From Candidatus Latescibacterota bacterium (GTDB taxonomy: Bacteria; Latescibacterota; UBA2968; UBA8231), in the NCBI GenBank assembly GCA_965261395.1, contig OZ253462.1:4672001-4736000 (forward strand): a stretch of 64,000 nt of DNA, given 5' to 3'. The notes below the pieces were generated by a model. The model saw nothing but the letters and a program-made list of their open reading frames with translations, was not told the DNA's origin and ran no database searches. Positions 28,767-40,055 of the stretch are shown here, in pieces (the first letter of the stretch is position 1; the number at the start of each line of letters is the position of its first letter). A program made the position numbers and the translations under genes.

Positions 28767-29666
28767 ATGCCCCAACGCACCCTTATCGTCTTGCTCATCG
28801 CCATCTGTACCCTCTCGTCCGGCTGCGCCACGGTCCGCCATGGACTAGGCCGTGCCCTCGTCCCGGACCAAATCGAATTCCTACTCGGTGCCCAAGTCTC
28901 CGCCCAAATCGAGGAAAACGAGCGCATCCATCCCTCGGCACCTCTCCAAGCCTACGTCCAGCGCGTCACCGAAGGCTTGCTCAAAGCACCCCGTACCGAT
29001 GGCACCGAAGGCAGCGAATACGCACAACGCGACGCCTACTCAACCCAACATGCCCTGCGCGACCGCCCCGGTGTCCGCTACCGAGTGAAGGTCTTAGACG
29101 ATCCTGAGCAGGTAAACGCGTTTGCCGTCCCTGGCGGCTATCTCTACGTCTATAGTGGCCTGCTGCTGATCGCCGAAGATGAGGCCGAACTAGCCGGAGT
29201 TCTAGCCCACGAAATCGGCCACATCGTCGGTCGCCACTCCATCAACCAACTCGTCTCCCAATTGGGCATGGATATCCTCAAGGACCTAGCGTTTGGCGAA
29301 GACCCGCATCAGATCGGCCAAATCGCCTCCCAGCTCGCCAATGCCCGTTTTAGCCGCGACGACGAGCTCGAAGCCGATACCTTCGGCGTCCGCTACGCCA
29401 TCGAGGCCGGGTACGACCCGCGCGGCCTGCTGCGCTTTTTTGAGAAGCTGAAAAAGCTGGAAGCGCATCGGCGCTCCGACCTAGAACAACTCTTCGCCAG
29501 CCACCCGCCTACCGGCGAGCGAATCCGCCGTATCGAGCGCTTGATCGACCAGTACGGAGCCAGCGGGGGGCAGCGCTACCACGCGCGGTTTGTGCGGGAG
29601 ACCACCGTTTTGCGGCGCAAGCGCACCCCTGACACCATCTTTGACCGCCTTCGCCGGCTCGAGTAG
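28767..29666 (+). CDS. M48 family zinc metalloprotease lipoprotein (BepA/LoiP-like)
   Basis: SSGC lipobox, NAFAVPGG, LAHEIGH, E.EAD, SHP....RI. Confidence 0.9.
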   Translation: MPQRTLIVLLIAICTLSSGCATVRHGLGRALVPDQIEFLLGAQVSAQIEENERIHPSAPLQAYVQRVTEGLLKAPRTDGTEGSEYAQRDAYSTQHALRDRPGVRYRVKVLDDPEQVNAFAVPGGYLYVYSGLLLIAEDEAELAGVLAHEIGHIVGRHSINQLVSQLGMDILKDLAFGEDPHQIGQIASQLANARFSRDDELEADTFGVRYAIEAGYDPRGLLRFFEKLKKLEAHRRSDLEQLFASHPPTGERIRRIERLIDQYGASGGQRYHARFVRETTVLRRKRTPDTIFDRLRRLE

Positions 29667-29738
29667 CGCTCCCATTGTCCCGGTTCAATCCAACCCCTAC
29701 CTTCTTGGAAGTTTTTTCACGCCTCCGAGGAAATCTAA

Positions 29739-30749
29739 ATGTCCCCTGTCTTTCTCTTGCTCCTGACCTTGCTGCCCAGCACGCTCCTAGGCCAAGAGCG
29801 TCCGCCGACGCCAGTCATCGTCGCCGAGGTACTCGAACAACCACTCGTCGAAGACCTTTCCTTTGTCGGACGCATCCAGCCCCGACGCTCCAGCCGCGTC
29901 GCCACCGAGACCGAAGGGCGAGTAGTCAGGCGCTTCACAGAAGCCGGCCAAGCCGTGCGCGCTGGCGACCCACTCTTCAAGTTAGCCAACGATCCGCTCC
30001 AAGCCGCGCTAGCCGAAGCACAGGCCGATTTTTCGCTGCGCCAGTTCAACCACGACCGCAGCCGCCAGTTGCGCGCCACCGACGCGGTCTCCGAGCAAGA
30101 CCTGCGCGACAACGCCTACGAACTGGCTCGCGCCCAAGCCAAGCTAGCCGGTCTCCAAGCACAAGCAGAGGACCTCTTCGTCCGCGCCCCCTTCTCCGGG
30201 CACATCATCCAGACCTTTACCGAGGTTGGACAATGGGTCGGGCGCGGCGGCGAGATTGCCCAAGTAATCTCCATCGACACCGTCCGCGTGTACGTCGAGG
30301 TCCCCGAGCGCCACGTGTCGCAGCTCGCCTTGGGCGACCGCGCAGACATCTTCGTTGATGCCCTCGGCGGCGACCCCATCGCCGGCCGCGTGGCCGTCAT
30401 CCTCGCCGAGGGCTATGCCTCCTCCCACACCTTCCCGGTCATCGTCGGGGCCCTCAACCCAGAAGGCCGGATGCGCAGCAATATGTCCGCACGAGTGCGC
30501 TTCCAGATCGCGCAACCCAAGACATCGCTCCTAGTCCACAAAGACGCCTTAGTCTCCGGCCCACAAGGGCAGGTCGTGTACCTCGCCCGCGAAGGCAAAG
30601 CCGTTAGCCGCCCCGTCCAGACCGGACTGGCGCACAAGGGCTACGTGGCCATTACGGGCGACCTCGCACCCGGCGATCTGACCGTGGTGCGCGGCAACGA
30701 GCGGCTGATGGACGGCCAAGCCGTGCGCATCATCCGCCGGCAGCCATAG
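29739..30749 (+). CDS. RND efflux periplasmic adaptor (MFP)
   Basis: Lipoyl halves GQAVRAGDPL and VRAPFSG; coiled hairpin; L.PGD.VV.G...L.DG. Confidence 0.9.
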   Translation: MSPVFLLLLTLLPSTLLGQERPPTPVIVAEVLEQPLVEDLSFVGRIQPRRSSRVATETEGRVVRRFTEAGQAVRAGDPLFKLANDPLQAALAEAQADFSLRQFNHDRSRQLRATDAVSEQDLRDNAYELARAQAKLAGLQAQAEDLFVRAPFSGHIIQTFTEVGQWVGRGGEIAQVISIDTVRVYVEVPERHVSQLALGDRADIFVDALGGDPIAGRVAVILAEGYASSHTFPVIVGALNPEGRMRSNMSARVRFQIAQPKTSLLVHKDALVSGPQGQVVYLAREGKAVSRPVQTGLAHKGYVAITGDLAPGDLTVVRGNERLMDGQAVRIIRRQP

Positions 30750-30753
30750 CCTC

Positions 30754-33892
<3,139 letters not shown>

Positions 33893-33894
<2 letters not shown>

Positions 33895-33922
33895 AAAAAC
33901 CGGCCCCCTCGCAAGGGCCGGT
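33893..33922 (-). terminator. intrinsic terminator
   Basis: ACCGGCCC/GGGCCGGT stem preceded by an A7 run (U-tract on the minus strand), between convergent genes. Confidence 0.7.
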
Positions 33923-33966
33923 CTATCCAGTCAAACACAGGGCCGGCACGGCCCCTCTTGCAGCCG

Positions 33967-34593
33967 CTAAAAAGACAGCTTCAGCCGCAGGGCGGGGACG
34001 GCAGCTTCGCGCCCGGGCAGAGCGCCCAACTCTACGCTCTTGGCCACCATGTTGATAGACTGGACTTGGTCGCGCAGATGGAACAGCGACGCGATCTTGA
34101 TCCACGCCGACAGCGGCACCCAACCGACCGCGGTATCCTCACCGGTCAGAAAAGCCGTCCCCACAGCCGTCACCGTCAAGCCCATGAGCGCGAGTCCCTG
34201 TTTGTGCTCTCCAATGTAGAAATAGCCCGCGCCCGGCACGGGTAGCTCCAACAGGAAGGCCAACAGCCCGGACTTTGACTGTTGGAACGCGGCGCGACGC
34301 GGCTGAATGCGATGCGTCCCCAGCGTGCGCAACGAGCGAAATTCAGCCAGTGCATACGCGGCCTGCCGCTCCTGCAAGGCACCGACGACCTCGACGACCG
34401 CCACCGAATCCGCCTCAATCTCCTCCACGCGCAACGAGCGCACCCGACCATCGGTAAACACGGCTTCGCCCCACGCCTCTTCGGCCTGCATCTTCTCCAG
34501 CAGGCCCCGCACCTGTTCTATCTCCATAGCCGCCTCGGCCCCGTGGGCCACCAGCAGGATCGCCGGCAGCCAAATCCATAGTATCCAACGCAT
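33967..34593 (-). CDS. hypothetical exported/membrane protein
   Basis: Signal peptide; KS.LLAFLL..PVPGAGYFY.GE motif; ends LKLSF. Confidence 0.7.
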   Translation of the reverse strand: MRWILWIWLPAILLVAHGAEAAMEIEQVRGLLEKMQAEEAWGEAVFTDGRVRSLRVEEIEADSVAVVEVVGALQERQAAYALAEFRSLRTLGTHRIQPRRAAFQQSKSGLLAFLLELPVPGAGYFYIGEHKQGLALMGLTVTAVGTAFLTGEDTAVGWVPLSAWIKIASLFHLRDQVQSINMVAKSVELGALPGREAAVPALRLKLSF

Positions 34594-34630
34594 GTTCCAC
34601 CTCGTTTGAAATTGTCAATTCTGCCTTCTC

Positions 34631-34660
34631 AATCTACCCGACGCCTCTTCGTCTTGTCAA
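34631..34660 (-). promoter_or_regulatory. putative sigma70 promoter (TTGACA-18-TAGATT)
   Basis: Reverse complement of 34631-34660, upstream of ATG 34593. Confidence 0.55.
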
Positions 34661-34725
34661 GCTGCCGTGGCCCGGCGCAGCCCATTGCTCCCCCCAACGC
34701 CAACCCCTATTTTCAAATCCTCATT

Positions 34726-35511
34726 ATGCAGGCTCAACTCCAACAAGCCATAGCAGCCACCCGCGAGGCCGGGGCGCTGACCTTGCAGTACTTCGGCGGG
34801 CCACTCAAGGTCGCCTACAAAGACAGAAATGACCCGCTGACTGCGGCGGATCTCCAAGCCGACGCCTATCTCAAAGAAGCTCTGCGGGATCTGCGCCCAG
34901 ACTGCGGCTGGCTCTCCGAAGAGACCATCGATGACCGCCAACGCCTTAAAAAAGATGCCGTGTGGATCGTCGATCCAATAGACGGCACCCGCGAGTTTGT
35001 CGCAGGCATTCCCGAATACGTGGTCGCCGTGGCCTTAGTCGAAGGCGACGAGCCAACCCTCGGGGTTATTTATAACCCCGCACAGGAGCAAGTCTTCGCC
35101 GCCGTGTCCGGCAGCGGCACCTTCCGCAACGGCCAGCGCGTCTTTTGCAGCGAGGTCCAATCCCTCAGCCAAGCCACGGCCGTCGTCAGCCGCAGTGAGA
35201 CCAAACGCAGCGAGATTGATCCCTTTCGCCCGCACCTCGGCGAAATCCGCCCCGTCGGCAGCGTCGCCTACAAGCTGGCCCTAGTCGCTGCAGGGGCCTG
35301 CGACCTCAACTTTAGCGTCCAAGGCAAAAACGAGTGGGATGTTTGCGCTGGCGACCTGTTGGTGCGCGAGGCCGGCGGCCTCATGCACACGTGCAGCCAT
35401 CAAGTGCGGCGTTATAACCAAGCCGATCCCCTTATCCCGGGTGGACTCGCCGCGGGCAACGCGTCGCTGGTGGCGCACATTCTCCACCTGATGCACGAGC
35501 AAAAGCAATGA
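34726..35511 (+). CDS. cysQ: 3'(2'),5'-bisphosphate nucleotidase CysQ / inositol monophosphatase family
   Basis: Start at ATG 34726; P.T.AD, LSEE, WIVDPIDGTREF, SRS, EWD..AG. Confidence 0.8.
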   Translation: MQAQLQQAIAATREAGALTLQYFGGPLKVAYKDRNDPLTAADLQADAYLKEALRDLRPDCGWLSEETIDDRQRLKKDAVWIVDPIDGTREFVAGIPEYVVAVALVEGDEPTLGVIYNPAQEQVFAAVSGSGTFRNGQRVFCSEVQSLSQATAVVSRSETKRSEIDPFRPHLGEIRPVGSVAYKLALVAAGACDLNFSVQGKNEWDVCAGDLLVREAGGLMHTCSHQVRRYNQADPLIPGGLAAGNASLVAHILHLMHEQKQ

Positions 35512-37202
35512 TAACGGCCCGCAACGCAGCAGATTTTGTCGAAGAGTACGCCACCCTCCTCGAACTCAGTGGGGCCTCCCCCTTCCGGGTCCGCGCCTAC
35601 GCCAACGCCGGGCGCGCCCTCGAAACCATAACGTCCCCTCTCGACGAACTCCTCGCCGCCGGGACCCTAACCGAGGTCAAAGGCATCGGCGACAGCGTGG
35701 CCGAGCTGGTCGCCGAGTTCGCCGACACCGGCACGGCCCAAGCCTATGAAAAGCTGCGGGCCGCAACGCCCGAGGGCCTGCTCGACATACTGCGGGTCCC
35801 CGGGTTGGGGCCGCGCAAGATCAACGCCATCCGCAAGGACCTCGGTATTGAGACCCTCGACGCCTTGGAGCAAGCCTGCCGCTCCGGCCAACTCGCCGCC
35901 CTCAAGGGGTTTGGTCCCAAGACCCAAGCAACCATCCTCAAGGGCGTCGAGTACATCCGCGCCCATGCGGGCCACTGCCACGCCGATGCCGCGCACCAAA
36001 GCGCTCACAGCCTGCTCGCAGCCCTGCGCTCCCACGCGCAGCGCCTCGCTGTCGCCGGAGAGTTGCGCCGAGCACGGGAGACGGTCCAACAGCTCGACTT
36101 CGTGCTCAGCACTACCGACGCCGATGCCGCGAGCGCGGCCTTTGCAGCTCACCCGGATATCGCCGCGGTCCTCGAGCCGAATGTAGGCCGGCTGTCCAAC
36201 GGACTGCAAGCCAACCTGCACATAGTCTCAGACGAAGCCTTCCCCGCGGCCCTACACTACTACACAGGCAGCGAGGAACACCGTTCCGCACTGTGCGCCA
36301 AGGCCGCCGAGCACGGGCTAGTCCTCGACGAACGCGGACTCTGGCGCGGCGACGAGCGCATCGAGTGCGCGAATGAAGCGGCTTTGTTCGCCACCTTGGG
36401 ACTCGCCTACATCCCGCCGGAACTGCGCGAGAACCAAGGCGAAGTTGAAGCCGCGGCCGCCGACGCGCTGCCCGAGTTGGTAACAGCCGCCGACATTCGC
36501 GGCATGCTCCACGTGCATTCGACCTATTCGGATGGAGCCGACAGCCTAGAGGCTATGGCCCGCGCCGTGCAAGAACGCGGCTTTGAGTACATGGGCATTG
36601 CCGACCACAGCCAGACCGCAGCCTACGCCGGGGGGCTTCGCGTTGCAGAGGTCCAGCGTCAGTGGGAGGAAATCGACCGGCTCAACGAGGAATTGGCCCC
36701 CTTCCGCATCTTCAAGGGCATCGAGTCGGATATCCTCGGCGACGGCTCGCTTGACTACGACGACGACCTGCTCGCCCAATTCGACTTCGTGGTCATCTCG
36801 GTCCATTCGCAGTTCAACCTGAGCCGCGACGCCATGACCGCCCGCATCGTCCGCGCCATCGAACATCCGGCTGCCACCATCGTCGGCCATCCAACCGGGC
36901 GCTTGCTCCTCAACCGCGAAGGCTACGCCGTCGATACCGAACAAATCATCGAAGCCGCCGCCCGCTGTGGGGTTGCCATTGAAATCAACGCCCATCCGTC
37001 GCGGCTCGACCTCGACTGGCGGCACGTCAAAAAGGCCCGTGACCGCGGCGTCCAAATCGCCGTCAACACCGACGCCCACAGCATCGCCGGCCTGGATCAT
37101 CTCGGCTACGGCATCGGCATCGCCCGCAAGGGCTGGCTCCGCGCCGCCGACATCCCCAACGCACTCGGCCGCGAAGCCATTGCCGCTTGGTTCCAAAGCT
37201 AA
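35508..37202 (+). CDS. polX: DNA polymerase X / PHP 3'-5' exonuclease (non-canonical polymerase site)
   Basis: FRVRAY, HhH motifs (KGIG, PGLGP, KGFG), YYTGS.EH, IPPELRE; PHP motifs HVHSTYSDG, DHS, HPTGR, NTDAH. Confidence 0.93.
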   Translation: MITARNAADFVEEYATLLELSGASPFRVRAYANAGRALETITSPLDELLAAGTLTEVKGIGDSVAELVAEFADTGTAQAYEKLRAATPEGLLDILRVPGLGPRKINAIRKDLGIETLDALEQACRSGQLAALKGFGPKTQATILKGVEYIRAHAGHCHADAAHQSAHSLLAALRSHAQRLAVAGELRRARETVQQLDFVLSTTDADAASAAFAAHPDIAAVLEPNVGRLSNGLQANLHIVSDEAFPAALHYYTGSEEHRSALCAKAAEHGLVLDERGLWRGDERIECANEAALFATLGLAYIPPELRENQGEVEAAAADALPELVTAADIRGMLHVHSTYSDGADSLEAMARAVQERGFEYMGIADHSQTAAYAGGLRVAEVQRQWEEIDRLNEELAPFRIFKGIESDILGDGSLDYDDDLLAQFDFVVISVHSQFNLSRDAMTARIVRAIEHPAATIVGHPTGRLLLNREGYAVDTEQIIEAAARCGVAIEINAHPSRLDLDWRHVKKARDRGVQIAVNTDAHSIAGLDHLGYGIGIARKGWLRAADIPNALGREAIAAWFQS

Positions 37203-37203
37203 A
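37191..37203 (+). repeat. 13-bp direct repeat TTCCAAAGCTAAA, left boundary of the R-M cassette
   Basis: Identical to 39378-39390; contains the polX stop codon. Confidence 0.85.
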
Positions 37204-37204
37204 C

Positions 37205-38368
37205 ATGACCCGTAGCGATTACCTCTCACAGCTTTTTCGGCGACTGCATACATTTCGTCAGGAAGCCCAACTTGAGCCTGAGCAGGTCGAAAGTAACCTT
37301 GTTTTGGGGCCAGGCTGGATCCATGCGTTCGAGAGCGGAGCGGCCCTCCCCGGTCTTGATGTGGTTATGTCTCTGCTCTCACTCTATGGCAAAACCCTGC
37401 GCGACCTTGCAGAAGGCATAGAAGGGAACGCTCCGTCCATAAAACGCTCAATTACCCCAGAAGAAGTCGACAATGATCTCATTCTTCACTTTACCTATGG
37501 TGAATACGACGCTACGTACCGCCTTGAAGGTGTTACCGTGGAGCAGTTCACAGAAATAGTTCTAACGTTGCGAAATGGGCTCGCTCAGCTTGCTAACTCT
37601 GGGATTGAAGACCAGCGAGTCGAGACGATTAAGATGGAAAGTGTGGCCAATGCATTCATGAAAGCCGTTGAACTCTGGCCCCAAGCTAACCCCTCCGATC
37701 TCTGGTGGTTTCTCGTATATCGCGCCTACTGTGACCCATACAACCATCCTGCCCAGTATGCTCGCTTAGACTTTGCGCAAAGCTGGAAACGAACTGCTGG
37801 TTGGGCCTTGGAGTTGGTTCTCGAAAAACATTACGGTGCTACCCTGGCGAAGCAAGGGATCAACATGGTACGTAAAGATTCCGAGCGTAAGGAGAGGATT
37901 CTTCACGGTATCAACGTTGGTCACCGCCTTGAAGCAGACAAAGTGGATATTATGCTAACGGTCGGCGAGGGCGCAAACGAACGGATGATTGGGGTCGTTC
38001 ACGTCAAGGCGAGTTTTGCGGAACGCCGGACAGACGATGTTCCTATGAGTCAAGCACTTGTTGATGCTAGCTACATTTCCCCACTATGGACGATGGACTG
38101 CAAGAGTTTCCCTGGTCCTGAGCCCATCAATCGCGGAGAATTGGGCAAAATCTTCACCGGAGAAGATCAGGATCAAAGGAACGCAAAGAGAAAAGACATA
38201 GAAAATGACGGCTTTTTCTCAGCGTGCTTTTCCTACAATAAGAACACTCATCCGACTCCTCCCGATACCCCCCTAGCAAAGGCACGGATTTATTCATGTG
38301 ACTTCATCGACCCAGACGATGCTTTCACTAGGTTCGTCGTTTCGGAGAGTCGCCGATTTCGGAAATAA
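37205..38368 (+). CDS. putative type II restriction endonuclease (CCGG-family/BsaWI-like PD-(D/E)XK) with N-terminal XRE HTH
   Basis: HTH segment RQEAQL..EQV...L......I..FESG...P.L; nuclease motifs QSWKRTAG.ALE, DKVD, VHVKASFAERRTDD; adjacent to an MTase; A/T-richer than its flanks. Confidence 0.72.
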   Translation: MTRSDYLSQLFRRLHTFRQEAQLEPEQVESNLVLGPGWIHAFESGAALPGLDVVMSLLSLYGKTLRDLAEGIEGNAPSIKRSITPEEVDNDLILHFTYGEYDATYRLEGVTVEQFTEIVLTLRNGLAQLANSGIEDQRVETIKMESVANAFMKAVELWPQANPSDLWWFLVYRAYCDPYNHPAQYARLDFAQSWKRTAGWALELVLEKHYGATLAKQGINMVRKDSERKERILHGINVGHRLEADKVDIMLTVGEGANERMIGVVHVKASFAERRTDDVPMSQALVDASYISPLWTMDCKSFPGPEPINRGELGKIFTGEDQDQRNAKRKDIENDGFFSACFSYNKNTHPTPPDTPLAKARIYSCDFIDPDDAFTRFVVSESRRFRK

Positions 38369-39232
38369 TTCCAAATTTGGCCCTTCGCTTTCCTCCAAGC
38401 GTTTGTTGGAGGCCCGAACTTGCTCAGGGTCAACTTCAAATCCTATGTAGGAACAGCCAAGGGTCAACGCCGCGGTTCCTGTAGTGCCCGAGCCAGAGAA
38501 CGGGTCCAAGATCACGACGTCTTCTCCACAGGTTCCGTACGCCTTAATGCAGCGAATTGGCAATTCCTTTGGAAAGCGTGAGAAATGCTTGAGCCCGTCA
38601 ATTTTCTCGTTTGCGAACTCCCACACGCTCTTAATCGGAGGCGTTACGCGAAAATCATGCCGCTCGCTCTTTGTCAGCAAGTAAATCGATTCGTGTTGAC
38701 GATGCGGGCGTCGGCAACGGCCCTCTGGCATGGCATTTTTTTTTCGCCAGATCACTTCTCCCCGGAACAAGTAGCCCGCGTCGCAAAGAGAAATAATAAG
38801 ACGATATGGGAGCGCCAGAAGATTGCCATACTGAAGCCACGTTTCATCCTTGTCGATAAACGCTTTTCGTCGCGCCCGTGGTTTGGTGTATGCTGAATTG
38901 TCCTCCGAAAAACCTTGTTTTTTCTCACCTAGGGTGCTGAACTTCCACGCTTTTTGATTCCAGTTCACAGGGGTGTTGTAAGCGTCTCCCATATTAATCC
39001 AAAGAATCCCTTCCGGCCTCAACTTCGGTAAAATCTCTACAAAGGCTTTCGTGAGAAACCGTAGATAATCCCTCGGGTCTTTTTCGATACCGATCCCTTC
39101 TGAGTGCCTTTGCCCCCAATAGGGCGGACTTGTCACAACTATATTCACGGACTCGTCTGGAAGTTGCGGAATCAGTTCTAAACAATCGCCTTCGTGGGTC
39201 TTATTGATCGGGAAAGGCCCGATTTGGTTCAT
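38294..39232 (-). CDS. site-specific N4-cytosine DNA methyltransferase, beta class (SmaI/Cfr9I-like)
   Basis: Motif IV VTSPPYWG precedes motif I DPFSGSGTT; also WINMGDAY, IW.K.N.MPE and HE.IYLLTK. Confidence 0.9.
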   Translation of the reverse strand: MNQIGPFPINKTHEGDCLELIPQLPDESVNIVVTSPPYWGQRHSEGIGIEKDPRDYLRFLTKAFVEILPKLRPEGILWINMGDAYNTPVNWNQKAWKFSTLGEKKQGFSEDNSAYTKPRARRKAFIDKDETWLQYGNLLALPYRLIISLCDAGYLFRGEVIWRKKNAMPEGRCRRPHRQHESIYLLTKSERHDFRVTPPIKSVWEFANEKIDGLKHFSRFPKELPIRCIKAYGTCGEDVVILDPFSGSGTTGTAALTLGCSYIGFEVDPEQVRASNKRLEESEGPNLELFPKSATLRNDEPSESIVWVDEVT

Positions 39233-39366
39233 TGGCTCTTCCTTTCTTCATAATTTTTTGAACACCAATGGGAGTGGGAATCGCGTCGGTGGAGGAATTA
39301 CACGCATCGGACCGTTCCCACAACCCTCTCTTTTTGAACTTATAGACGGTATCTTACGAGTCAAGA

Positions 39367-39987
39367 ATGCAGCCCCATTCCAAAGCTAAAGGGCCGCCCC
39401 GCCTCATCGGCTTAGCCGGGCCATCCGGTGCCGGCAAGACCACGCTCGCCCACGCCCTCCAGACTCGCCTACCCGGCTCCGCGACCGTCCTCTCCCTAGA
39501 CGCGTACTACCGCGACTTAGCCGATCTCTCCCCAGTTGAAAGGGCCCGAGTAAACTTCGACGCACCCGAGGCCATGGACCACCAGCGCCTCGCCGCTGAC
39601 CTCCGCCAGCTCGCCGCCGGCCACCGCGTCGAAATTCCCGTGTACGACTTTGCCACCCACACGCGCCAAGCGACCCAACGCCACCTCACCCCCACCGACT
39701 TCCTGCTCGTCGAGGGCCTCTTTGCCCTCTACTGGCCCGACATCAACGCCCTCTACCACCTGCGCCTCTTCGTCGCCGCCGCCGACGCGCTCTGCTTGGA
39801 GCGCCGCCTCGCCCGCGACCGCGTCGAGCGCGACCGTTCCCCCGCCTCAATCCGCGCCCAGTACCAAGAGCAGGTCCGCCCAATGTACCGCCGCCACATC
39901 CAGCCCACCGCCCGCTACGCAGACCTGATCCTCGACGGCAGCACGCCCACCGAAGAACAGGTCGCGGCTGTTCTAGACGCTTTGTAG
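39367..39987 (+). CDS. udk: uridine kinase
   Basis: IGLAGPSGAGKTT, DAYY, NFDAPEA, PVYDF.TH.R, VEG, RR..RD..ER, V.PM....I.P...YAD. Confidence 0.9.
   Translation: MQPHSKAKGPPRLIGLAGPSGAGKTTLAHALQTRLPGSATVLSLDAYYRDLADLSPVERARVNFDAPEAMDHQRLAADLRQLAAGHRVEIPVYDFATHTRQATQRHLTPTDFLLVEGLFALYWPDINALYHLRLFVAAADALCLERRLARDRVERDRSPASIRAQYQEQVRPMYRRHIQPTARYADLILDGSTPTEEQVAAVLDAL
39378..39390 (+). repeat. 13-bp direct repeat TTCCAAAGCTAAA, right boundary of the R-M cassette
   Basis: Identical to 37191-37203; lies within the first codons of udk. Confidence 0.85.
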
Positions 39988-40055
39988 GGGAAAGCCTTGT
40001 GGTTGCCCTCATGTCTGGCAAATAATTGTAGGGGCGACCGGCCGGTCGCCCCTAC
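39984..40055. repeat. two GTAG-type REP elements between convergent genes
   Basis: GTAGGGGAAAGCCTTGTGGTTGCCCT (39984-40009, imperfect) and the perfect 28-bp palindrome GTAGGGGCGACCGGCCGGTCGCCCCTAC (40028-40055). Confidence 0.8.

Noticed and set aside
28967-29012. 10-bp direct repeat CACCGAAGGC 36 nt apart in the M48 protease gene, near an apparent loop insertion
   Set aside because: Too short to distinguish from chance in GC-rich coding DNA.
37205-39232. Inferring the R-M target from site avoidance
   Set aside because: CCCGGG, ACCGGT and TCCGGA all occur in the window, and I cannot count reliably by eye; no specificity is claimed.
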